Assembly (NCBI GenBank): GCA_964399465.1
Contig: CAYNRA010000006.1
Coordinates: forward strand, 1,060 to 65,059
Direction: 5' to 3'
From: an uncultured Cytophagales bacterium
GTDB lineage: Bacteria; Bacteroidota; Bacteroidia; Cytophagales; Spirosomataceae
DNA length: 64,000 bases
The notes under the pieces are model-generated. The model searched no databases, had not been told where the DNA came from, and worked only from the letters and a program-made list of their open reading frames with translations. A program made the translations under genes and the position numbers. Shown here piece after piece: positions 1-7,917 of the stretch. The stretch's first letter is position 1. Each line of letters opens with the position of its first letter.

Positions 1-1
1 T

Positions 2-973
2 TCAGTAAGAACCACGCATTCTTTTTGCCATAAATGCCATAAACACAGTATCAAAACCATTTTTTACGTCCACCTCCATGTAATCAATTTTATATTGACC
101 ACATCTTATTTTTAATTCATCGTAAAAAAAATTCATTTTTTCTTTATAAAGTTCTCTTACTTGTTTTGGATGAACTTTTAATTTTTCACCCGTTTCTAAA
201 TCAATAAACTCATAAGGTCTATCTTCAAAATCAAAATGTAGTTCCGTAGATTTATCGGTAACATGGAATAAAATAACTTCATGTCTTTTATGTCGGATGT
301 GTTGCAGAGCCTCAAACAATAACTGTACGTTTTCTGTATGCTCAAACATATCACTGAACAAGATCACCATTGAACGCTTCGGCATCGTTTCAGCCATCGT
401 ATGCAATGTTTCAACCAAAGTTGTACCGGTAAAATGGTGTTCAGGGGTTCTAATACATTTTTCCAATTCTTCAAAAACTTGGTGTAAATGTCCACCTGTA
501 GATTTTGCAGGTAATTGTACATCAACTCGATCTGAAAACAAAGTTAATCCGACAGCATCTCTTTGTTTTTGTAATAGGTAAGCCAATGCACCGGCACCTA
601 ACGCACTGAATATGAGTTTCGATCTTGTTTCTAGTGGATAAAACATAGAAGCAGAAATATCCAAAAGTAAATGACAGCGGAGATTGGTTTCTTCTTCGTA
701 GCGTTTCACAAATAATTTATCTGTTTTGGCAAACACTTTCCAATCAATATGTCGCATACTTTCACCAGAGTTATATAATTTATGCTCTGCAAATTCTACT
801 GAAAATCCGTGAAAAGGCGACTTATGTAACCCAGTAATAAATCCTTCAACCAATTGCTTTGCATATATCTCTAGACTACCATATGCCTGAATTTTTTCCC
901 AAAGACTCTTTTCGTTCTTATTATTCATATCTCTTAATACTGTCCTAAAAACATGTTTTGACAAATAGTGCAC
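2..973 (-). CDS. DUF58 domain-containing protein (vWA-like, Bat/MoxR-associated family)
   Basis: 323-aa ORF with stop at 2-4. It carries the conserved DUF58 block HGFSVEFAEHKLY...IDWKVFAKTDKLFVKRYEEETN...LLLDISASM. An alternative start (M16) lies at 928. Confidence 0.8.
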   Translation of the reverse strand: MHYLSKHVFRTVLRDMNNKNEKSLWEKIQAYGSLEIYAKQLVEGFITGLHKSPFHGFSVEFAEHKLYNSGESMRHIDWKVFAKTDKLFVKRYEEETNLRCHLLLDISASMFYPLETRSKLIFSALGAGALAYLLQKQRDAVGLTLFSDRVDVQLPAKSTGGHLHQVFEELEKCIRTPEHHFTGTTLVETLHTMAETMPKRSMVILFSDMFEHTENVQLLFEALQHIRHKRHEVILFHVTDKSTELHFDFEDRPYEFIDLETGEKLKVHPKQVRELYKEKMNFFYDELKIRCGQYKIDYMEVDVKNGFDTVFMAFMAKRMRGSY

Positions 974-977
974 TCAT

Positions 978-1448
978 TTAATTTTTGGGCAAAAATGGAA
1001 TAACTGGAACGGGTTTTTCATCAAGGTAGGGAATATCTGGCGGCTTAATTAAGATAACTTCTCCATCTAATCCAACGATAGTAATGATGAGCGTGGAGAC
1101 ACCCGCACTCATAATCCCGACTTTACGTGCAGCAGCAACACTTATATCTAAAACTCGTTTCCCTGAGTAAGGGCCTCTATCATTCACACGAACAATACAA
1201 TATTTTCCATTTTTGGGATTATGTATTTCAAGCATCGTCCCGAACGGTAAGGTTCTATGTGCAGCCGTATATTTCCTACTATCTAATCTCTCCCCATTAG
1301 CCGTTTTTCTTCCATTCAATTTATATCCATAATAGGAAACCCTACCTGTAAAGGTATGTCCTATTGTGGGTGATTGTTGTGCATACAAATGAATAGATAC
1401 AACTAAAAGTAAGCTAATCAATGTATATCTTCTATTTTTAAATTTCAT
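978..1448 (-). CDS. RlpA-like double-psi beta-barrel protein (septal ring lytic transglycosylase RlpA family)
   Basis: 156-aa ORF with signal peptide MKFKNRRYTLISLLLVVSIHLYAQ. RlpA signature: GRVSYYG..GRKTANGERLD..TAAHRTLPFGT..VRVNDRGPY. Confidence 0.8.
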   Translation of the reverse strand: MKFKNRRYTLISLLLVVSIHLYAQQSPTIGHTFTGRVSYYGYKLNGRKTANGERLDSRKYTAAHRTLPFGTMLEIHNPKNGKYCIVRVNDRGPYSGKRVLDISVAAARKVGIMSAGVSTLIITIVGLDGEVILIKPPDIPYLDEKPVPVIPFLPKN

Positions 1449-1654
1449 TTTACATAAATTCTATGCCTGATGCGTCTGTTTTAGAATTGTTATACTATTT
1501 AAACATACACATTAAATAAGGGAAATGCAATATAAAAAAGGGTAAATCTTATAAATACTTTCTTTTTTTATCAACAAATGTTCGAATATGTTTTTTTTTT
1601 AATCCAATAAAAACTTATTTTTGGAAATGTATAACCTCAAATAACCAAAGGACT

Positions 1655-2008
1655 GTGCACAGAGACGAGAAAGATAAAATCTACTCGAAAAGAGTACGAG
1701 CAGGTAAACGAACCTACTTTTTTGATGTTCGTTCTACTAGAGCCAACGACTTTTATCTAACCATTACAGAAAGTCGTCGTTTTCAAAAAGAAGGTGACTT
1801 TGTGTTTGAAAAGAGTAAAATGTTTATCTATAAAGAAGATTTTCATAAGTTTGTCACTGCTCTGCAAGAAACGCTCGATTACATCAAAGAAGACTTAATG
1901 CCTGATTATGACTTTGAACAGATGTATCAATCTACAGCTTCAGATAACCAGAATAACCAACATTCCGACAACTCCTTTTCAGACGAAACGTCTCTTAAAT
2001 GGGAATAA
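1655..2008 (+). CDS. PUR-alpha-like nucleic-acid-binding protein (DUF3276 family)
   Basis: 117-aa ORF with a GTG start. The motif SKRVRAGKRTYFFDVRSTRANDFYLTITESRR is typical of the Bacteroidota DUF3276/PUR family. The C-terminal tail is acidic and Asn/Gln-rich. Confidence 0.7.
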   Translation: MHRDEKDKIYSKRVRAGKRTYFFDVRSTRANDFYLTITESRRFQKEGDFVFEKSKMFIYKEDFHKFVTALQETLDYIKEDLMPDYDFEQMYQSTASDNQNNQHSDNSFSDETSLKWE

Positions 2009-2105
2009 AGTAAAGTCGCAACCAAAGACTTCCCTGAATTTCTTCCTTTCAAATTCATTTTTTGCCTATTATGTACTATGTATTACAAGGTACTATTTGT
2101 TGTTA

Positions 2106-2113
2106 TAACTTTG
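2106..2113 (+). promoter_or_regulatory. candidate -7 element (TAACTTTG) upstream of pspC
   Basis: It matches TAnnTTTG 30 nt before the ATG and sits inside an 8-bp inverted repeat (TTTGTTAT N9 ATAACAAA, 2100-2124). Confidence 0.35.
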
Positions 2114-2142
2114 TGATAACAAATTAAAACAACGATTAAATT

Positions 2143-2364
2143 ATGAAAAAGTTAGTAAGATTCGAGGGAAAAGAGGCAAAAATCGGTGGAGTAGCTGCAG
2201 GTTTAGCACATTATTTCAATATAGATGTGACATTAATTCGGGTAATATTCATCGTACTTTTCTTTATTCCCGTCCCTTCTGTAATTGCCTATATTACACT
2301 TTGGATAGCAATGCCTAAAGCAGAATTGACAAATACGACAATGTTTGAAAATACCTATTCTTAA
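2143..2364 (+). CDS. PspC domain-containing membrane protein
   Basis: 73-aa ORF. The PspC motif KIGGVAAGLAHYFNIDVTLIRVIFIVLFF is followed by a TM helix. Confidence 0.8.
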   Translation: MKKLVRFEGKEAKIGGVAAGLAHYFNIDVTLIRVIFIVLFFIPVPSVIAYITLWIAMPKAELTNTTMFENTYS

Positions 2365-2380
2365 GAATAGGTATTTTCAA
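2345..2380 (+). terminator. 36-bp perfect palindrome centred on the pspC stop codon (possible hairpin terminator or operator)
   Basis: TTGAAAATACCTATTCTT|AAGAATAGGTATTTTCAA. The 5' arm encodes the last residues FENTYS. No U-tract follows. Confidence 0.4.
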
Positions 2381-2417
2381 GTATATTCATGGTTTCAATG
2401 AATGAAATGAATGTCAT

Positions 2418-3455
2418 ATGCTACCTATTTTCAAGTCAAAAAAGTATCAGATCCATTTATATAAATACTTACCTGAACATATCAGAGAATTTTTAAATTC
2501 AATACGTTGGGGAAGTAAAGGAACTATTTACGAGAGACCGGTGACCCAAATTACTGCCCGACGCCTCTACAGACCTCATGTTTTTGTCATAGAAAACACA
2601 ACTCATATCATAGCAACTGTATTGGCAAATGCCTATTCATTTTCAATAAATAATGAAAATGTAATTGGGTATTACTTTCGATATTTTGCATCAAATCCAC
2701 TTTTTCGTGGGAATCCCCTCGTTGCAAATAATAGTATTCGGGTTCTGTCTTGGTTACATACGCATATGCAACCCAATGATTTTTTGTATGCATACTTAGA
2801 AAAAAAGAATGACCAATCTTCGAAACTTGTCCAACGTTTAGGGTATCAAAAAATTGGAGAAAGCACCACAATCGGTTTCAGCAGATTTTTCCCTAAAAGA
2901 TCAGACCGTGTTCAACAAGCTGAAACAGACGCACAAAAAGAATTTATTCATGTAAAACTATCCTCGTTTTATCAAAAACATGCTTTGGTACATAGCCAAG
3001 GAATCCACTTAGACAATTCTTATTATTACATTGAAGTAGATCAAAAAATTGTAGCAGGATTACAAGTCATTGAAGGCCAATGGAAAGTACTTCAAATGGA
3101 AGGACGACTTGGAAAATTAATTGTTAAGTACGCATCTCGTATTCCATTCATAAATCGCCTCTTCTCACCGGAGGCATTTCGATTTTTAGGTGTTGAAGGA
3201 ATTTTTTATGAAAAAGGGCAAGAAAAAATACTTTTTGAACTTCTGGAGCACATATTAGCGATTAGAAAACGCCATTCCGCGCTTATTTGGCAAGATCCAA
3301 AGTGCCCCTATTACCTAGGCAACTATTCACGTCTTGGCGTACTTCATACCTTCGTTAAAGGTACTGGATCGTATATTTTGGCTAAAGGGTCTCCATCTTG
3401 TATACAAGAGTTAAGCCAAAAACCAAAGTATATAAGTTGCTTTGATTTCGTATAA
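2418..3455 (+). CDS. hypothetical protein (possible GNAT-like fold, uncharacterised)
   Basis: 345-aa ORF with coding-like composition. The only weak cue is a GNAT-like LVQRLGYQKIGE segment. No confident family assignment. Confidence 0.55.
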   Translation: MLPIFKSKKYQIHLYKYLPEHIREFLNSIRWGSKGTIYERPVTQITARRLYRPHVFVIENTTHIIATVLANAYSFSINNENVIGYYFRYFASNPLFRGNPLVANNSIRVLSWLHTHMQPNDFLYAYLEKKNDQSSKLVQRLGYQKIGESTTIGFSRFFPKRSDRVQQAETDAQKEFIHVKLSSFYQKHALVHSQGIHLDNSYYYIEVDQKIVAGLQVIEGQWKVLQMEGRLGKLIVKYASRIPFINRLFSPEAFRFLGVEGIFYEKGQEKILFELLEHILAIRKRHSALIWQDPKCPYYLGNYSRLGVLHTFVKGTGSYILAKGSPSCIQELSQKPKYISCFDFV

Positions 3456-3712
3456 AATTGAACTTTTAATTGAATTAATTTGACAATTTCACTTTTGACT
3501 TGTAGTTTAGTCGTTCAAAATAATTTACTCCATTGTTCAAAGAATTAAACTGCCACTTAGCACGGCTATCTTATCTTCGTAGTGCGTGCTCATTTGTTCC
3601 CGATACCTTACTCTAAGGCTATTCGGCAGTTTCCCTTGTATCTTTTAATTCCAAACGGGCTCATTTTCATGTGTCCCATTTTCTGTATTTATCCACCTAA
3701 TTATTTTCAAAA

Positions 3713-4771
3713 ATGAAAATTCTTGTTATTGGCATGGGTAAGGTCGGCTCTTTAGTGGGTGTCCTTCTCAGCAAACGCTTTACTGTAACCGGATTAGACA
3801 AAAATCCACCTCATTATGACATCCCTTTACCCTTCAAGGTACTCTCTGGAGATGTCTCTAATCTGTCTTATTTGAACGAAACACTACCTGCGTATGAGGC
3901 AGTAGTTTCTTGCATGCCATATTACCTAAACTTACCTATCGCACAGATATGTCATGCCAAAAGTATTCATTATTTCGATTTAACGGAAGATGTCCCAACA
4001 ACACAAGCCATCAAAGAAATGGCTTCAACAGCTAATTCTGTTATGGCTCCTCAGTGTGGACTTGCGCCAGGCTTAATTGGAATTGTGGGTGCTGATCTTT
4101 GTAAACGATTCGATAAAATCAGAGATATTGAGCTTCGTGTTGGTGCACTTCCTCAATTTCCTAATGGATTACTAGGTTATTCATTCACTTGGTCTCCAGC
4201 TGGTGTGATAAATGAGTACATCAATGACTGTGAGGTAATTCATAATGGAATCCGTAAAATGGTTCCTGCGCTTGATGGACTTGAAAAAATTTACATTGGT
4301 GGAGAAGAGTTTGAGGCTTTTAGTACATCTGGCGGGCTTGGAACCATGTGTGAAACATTTGAAGGTCAAGTAGATACATTGAACTACAAGACCATGCGTT
4401 ATCCAGGTCATGCACAACTCATGCGCTTTCTTATTTATGAACTAATCATGAAAAATAGAAAGGAACAGTTAGAAGAAATCTTAACCCAAGCCAAACCACC
4501 GGTTCAAGAAGATGTCGTTTATGTGTATGCAGTAGTTGAAGGTTGGAAAAACGAAAAAATCAATCGAGAAGAATATTATCGAGCATTTAAACCTATCCAA
4601 ATCGACGGACAACACTGGCGGGCAATTTCATGGACAACGGCTGCCTCTCTTGCCGCAGTAGTAGAAATGGTAGCTGACCAAAAAATCCCTATCACAGGTT
4701 TCATTAAACAAGAAGAAATTGACTTTTCGGCATTTCTATCAACTAGCAATGGTCAGTATTTTTTACCTTAA
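3713..4771 (+). CDS. saccharopine dehydrogenase family NAD(P)-binding protein
   Basis: 352-aa ORF. Rossmann N-terminus MKILVIGMGKVGSLVG. The central and C-terminal region (CGLAPGLIGIVG..YSFTWSPAGVINEY..MRYPGH) is typical of Sacchrp_dh N+C domains. Confidence 0.85.
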   Translation: MKILVIGMGKVGSLVGVLLSKRFTVTGLDKNPPHYDIPLPFKVLSGDVSNLSYLNETLPAYEAVVSCMPYYLNLPIAQICHAKSIHYFDLTEDVPTTQAIKEMASTANSVMAPQCGLAPGLIGIVGADLCKRFDKIRDIELRVGALPQFPNGLLGYSFTWSPAGVINEYINDCEVIHNGIRKMVPALDGLEKIYIGGEEFEAFSTSGGLGTMCETFEGQVDTLNYKTMRYPGHAQLMRFLIYELIMKNRKEQLEEILTQAKPPVQEDVVYVYAVVEGWKNEKINREEYYRAFKPIQIDGQHWRAISWTTAASLAAVVEMVADQKIPITGFIKQEEIDFSAFLSTSNGQYFLP

Positions 4772-4782
4772 AATTAAACTTG

Positions 4783-4816
4783 TCAGGTAACAGAAACGTT
4801 ACCTGATTACTTTTAT
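4783..4816 (+). terminator. hairpin after the saccharopine dehydrogenase gene
   Basis: Stem TCAGGTAAC / GTTACCTGA (9 bp), loop AGAAAC, followed by the T-rich sequence TTACTTTTATAC. Confidence 0.5.
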
Positions 4817-4844
4817 ACTCCTTACATTTTATCAAAATATAACT

Positions 4845-5735
4845 ATGGATGCACTAAAGATTGTGATGGATGGGCTCATGAGGAGATACCGAGAACGTGT
4901 GCCTGACGTGATGAAAACAACTAAAATCATGCAAGATAATGGATTAATCGAATCCTTCGATTCCATTGAAAATGACCATGTCGCTTTTCGTACGATGGGC
5001 GTTGAGCATCTTGGTATCGCTTCTTTTGAAAAAATATTTCTAGCGTATGGCTATACAAAAAAAGAATACTTTTATTTCGAAGGAAAAAAATTAAATGCAT
5101 TTTGGTTTGCCCCTCCTTCTCCTCAGTTTCCACGTATTTTTGTAAGTGAATTACGTGTTCATGACTTACCTGCTGATATTCAGTCTATTATATATAAATA
5201 TACAAATCAAATCACTACTGATCCTGTTGATAAACTTGATTTAACCGATGGTTATGCTGTCGACGCATTTTTACATCAACCTTTGTGGGAAACACCAACA
5301 TGGGAAGATTTCCAGAAGCTTCAAGAAGTAAGTGAGTATGCAGCTTGGGTTATTTATAATCGATATTATTTAAACCATTATACGATTAGTGTACATAACT
5401 TACCTAACGGTTATTCTGATATTTACAAATTCAACACACTTTTGGAAGCGAATGGGATAAAGTTAAATACGGCAGGTGGGGTCGTAAAAGTCAGTCCTGA
5501 TGGTGGCTTATTGCAAAGTTCGACAGTTGCTGAAATGATACCTGCTCATTTCGCAGATGGGTCAACTCATTTGATTGCAGGAAGTTATGTTGAATTTGCA
5601 GAACGAAAGGTATTACCTGAATTTGCACATCTTCCTGAAACCGAGCTAAAAAGAGAACACAGAAGAGAAGGGTTTGAAACAGGGAATGCGGATAAAATTT
5701 TCGAAAGTACGTTTACTAGTCAAACACTAAGATAA
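4845..5735 (+). CDS. DUF1338 family protein, 2-oxoadipate dioxygenase/decarboxylase (HglS/YdcJ-like)
   Basis: 296-aa ORF. Contains the DUF1338-type putative metal-ligand motifs NDHVAFRT, LNHYTISVH and SYVEFAERK. Confidence 0.7.
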   Translation: MDALKIVMDGLMRRYRERVPDVMKTTKIMQDNGLIESFDSIENDHVAFRTMGVEHLGIASFEKIFLAYGYTKKEYFYFEGKKLNAFWFAPPSPQFPRIFVSELRVHDLPADIQSIIYKYTNQITTDPVDKLDLTDGYAVDAFLHQPLWETPTWEDFQKLQEVSEYAAWVIYNRYYLNHYTISVHNLPNGYSDIYKFNTLLEANGIKLNTAGGVVKVSPDGGLLQSSTVAEMIPAHFADGSTHLIAGSYVEFAERKVLPEFAHLPETELKREHRREGFETGNADKIFESTFTSQTLR

Positions 5736-5775
5736 AAAAACACCCCGATGTAGTTTTTTCATCGGGGTATTTTTA
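5734..5775. terminator. bidirectional rho-independent terminator between convergent genes
   Basis: Stem ACCCCGATG / CATCGGGGT (9 bp), flanked by an A7 run upstream and ATTTTTA downstream. Confidence 0.85.
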
Positions 5776-5781
5776 ACTTGA

Positions 5782-6357
5782 TTAGAGAACGATTCCTTCA
5801 ACACGAAGGCGTTGCATTTTTCCAAATTTTAGTTTTTGATTTGTATCAACTGAATATTTATATAGTTTTCCATCAACCAATTCCATTGATAAACTACGGG
5901 ATGTCTCGTAAAGTACATTGCTGTTTTTCCAAAAAGCCAAGATATGTAGCGGTTTCTGTGTCTTTGAATCAAACTTCATTTCAAGAACTTGAATAAGCAT
6001 ATCTTTCTCCCTAGCTGTATATTTCAAAGACCCATCTTTTGATTTTTCTTCAATAAATTGTCCTCTCAATGCCGACTTATTTAAATTTAGCTCTTGAAAA
6101 AGCGTTAATTCCTTCTCCCAATCAATATTCTTTGCGATAATTTTCTCAGTTTTAGTATCGACTTGTACTGTCTTTTGAATGGATGGATTTGATTTAATTA
6201 GTTCACTCTCTAGAGTAATTACCAAAGCAGGGATATCTGCGTACAGGTTAATTTCCTTGGATTTTGTGCTCGTTATATTCTCACAACTAGCAAAGAGAAA
6301 GGCGATAGAAAGCAGAGATAGGGATGAAGATTTCATTAGGTATATATGCATATTCAA
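5782..6357 (-). CDS. hypothetical lipoprotein
   Basis: 191-aa ORF with lipobox LFASC. The likely true start is MKSSSLSLLSIAFLFASC at 6336. No family recognised. Confidence 0.6.
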   Translation of the reverse strand: MNMHIYLMKSSSLSLLSIAFLFASCENITSTKSKEINLYADIPALVITLESELIKSNPSIQKTVQVDTKTEKIIAKNIDWEKELTLFQELNLNKSALRGQFIEEKSKDGSLKYTAREKDMLIQVLEMKFDSKTQKPLHILAFWKNSNVLYETSRSLSMELVDGKLYKYSVDTNQKLKFGKMQRLRVEGIVL

Positions 6358-6393
6358 ATAACTTACAAATATAGTAAAGTAGTTCGGGTTGGG

Positions 6394-6430
6394 TACAAAA
6401 AACTTAACCCCGTCGTCATGGACAACGGGG
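6394..6430 (-). terminator. rho-independent terminator of the 6490-7047 gene
   Basis: On the minus strand, a 10-bp stem (CCCCGTTGTC / GACGACGGGG, including one G-U pair) is followed by TTAAGTTTTTTG. Confidence 0.75.
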
Positions 6431-6489
6431 TAAGTGATTATCTATTCAACCCTAACCTATTAAACTATGAAAAAATATTTTGTGATGAT

Positions 6490-7047
6490 TTACATCATCG
6501 GTAGTTCAGTTGTTAAATCCACTTGTTGTGGAGTATTGTAGAAAACACGTTTGAAAGCGTCAATAGCTTGTGGAGCTGGCGGCACTTGTAAACCTATTTC
6601 CTGGATTTTCAACTCTTGGTTGAAATAAGCTGCTTTGAATGCCTCTTTTTTGGCAGATTCAGCAGGAGTAAGCAACTGATCAATCGGTTTTATACCTAAA
6701 TCAATGCTCCATACAAATCGGAAGATATTTTTTACTTTTACAACATCAGACAACCAACTTTTTACTTCAGGAGTAGAAACATGTGCTAATCCTTTTTCTA
6801 ATTTATCGGCAGCTGCTAAAAAAGTAACTCGTTTTGCTTCATCCATATTTAGGAACTTCCCTGAACTCGTTTGGTAGGCTTCAACCATTGCAGTGAGGAC
6901 ATCTAACTCTTCCTTGCTTACATATTGAAGTACAACATGCTTTCTTGTAATTACGCCATCTATGAATGAAACTTTCACTTCGTTTCCGAATACATTTAAG
7001 CTTCCAATTGTGAATACAAATATAATTGATAAAATCGACTTTGTCAT
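6490..7047 (-). CDS. hypothetical secreted protein
   Basis: The ORF track gives 6490-7092. I chose the internal start at 7047 because MTKSILSIIFVFTIGSLNVFG is a signal peptide. A terminator lies downstream. Confidence 0.6.
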   Translation of the reverse strand: MTKSILSIIFVFTIGSLNVFGNEVKVSFIDGVITRKHVVLQYVSKEELDVLTAMVEAYQTSSGKFLNMDEAKRVTFLAAADKLEKGLAHVSTPEVKSWLSDVVKVKNIFRFVWSIDLGIKPIDQLLTPAESAKKEAFKAAYFNQELKIQEIGLQVPPAPQAIDAFKRVFYNTPQQVDLTTELPMM

Positions 7048-7287
7048 GGTTTTGTGTAATTTTAAGTTCATTATTACAACGCAAAATTGCATTAAAATTG
7101 TATAACTTCCTAATCTTATTTTTTCACAAAACCAAATTATATTCTAAAAACAATTGGCAAATTAAAATAATTTATCTATAATATATTGATTTTTTTGATT
7201 TATAAAAAATATTATTCTTTTAATAGTATTTTAAGTTATATAAAATATCAAAAACGATATAAATTGAATATTCTTTAAATAGTTCTA

Positions 7288-7848
7288 TTATTCGTTAAAA
7301 AAATTCATCGTTTTTTGTACACCTTGAAGAGCAAAAGTCTCAAACATTTCAATCACTTTATCAAGTTTTAGCCAAACGGTACTTTTTTCTGATTCAGAAA
7401 ATTTACCTAGAACAAAATCAACTTGTTTCCCTTTTGAGAACTCATCCCCGATTCCAAAACGAAGACGGTTATATTGCCGGGTTCCAAGTACTTCTTCTAT
7501 ATTTCTCAGACCATTATGTCCACCATGTGAACCTTGTTGCTTTAATCTTAATTTTCCGACAGGTAGGGCTAAGTCATCGGTAATAACCACTAAATTTTCG
7601 ATTGGTATTTTCTCGTGAGTCAACCAAAATTGAATAGCCTTACCACTCAAGTTCATGTAAGTGGTCGGTTTAATCAGATGAATCTCTTTACCTTTTAACC
7701 TAAAACTTGCGTGATATGCCAACCTTTTGAGTTCAAATTTTACGTTGTATTTTTCGGCAAGTGCATCCATCGCCATGAATCCAATATTATGTCGAGTTTG
7801 ATCGTACTCAGTTCCTATGTTTCCTAATCCAACAAATAAAAATTTCAT
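7288..7848 (-). CDS. pth: peptidyl-tRNA hydrolase
   Basis: 186 aa. Motifs GLGNIGTEYDQTRHNIGF and GSHGGHNGLRNI. Confidence 0.95.
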   Translation of the reverse strand: MKFLFVGLGNIGTEYDQTRHNIGFMAMDALAEKYNVKFELKRLAYHASFRLKGKEIHLIKPTTYMNLSGKAIQFWLTHEKIPIENLVVITDDLALPVGKLRLKQQGSHGGHNGLRNIEEVLGTRQYNRLRFGIGDEFSKGKQVDFVLGKFSESEKSTVWLKLDKVIEMFETFALQGVQKTMNFFNE

Positions 7849-7865
7849 TATACTATTAAATTAAA

Positions 7866-7897
7866 TAAAAAAAGGGTTCACCAGACAGATGAAACCC
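7866..7897 (-). terminator. terminator after pyrR
   Basis: On the minus strand, GGGTT(T)C...GAACCC is followed by T7. Confidence 0.6.
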
Positions 7898-7917
7898 AAA
7901 TAGAAGCTTGCAAACCT

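Noticed and set aside
3689-3697. A DnaA-box-like 9-mer TTATCCACC just upstream of the saccharopine dehydrogenase start.
   Set aside because: It is a single copy with one mismatch to the consensus. An isolated box is expected by chance and is not evidence for an origin or for DnaA regulation.
7093-7287. A very AT-rich (about 85% by eye) 195-bp spacer between pth and the downstream secreted-protein gene, considered as an ncRNA, an origin-like DUE or a mobile-element scar.
   Set aside because: I found no stable helices, repeats, DnaA boxes or terminal inverted repeats. It is most simply a terminator-less 3' region plus an AT-rich promoter.
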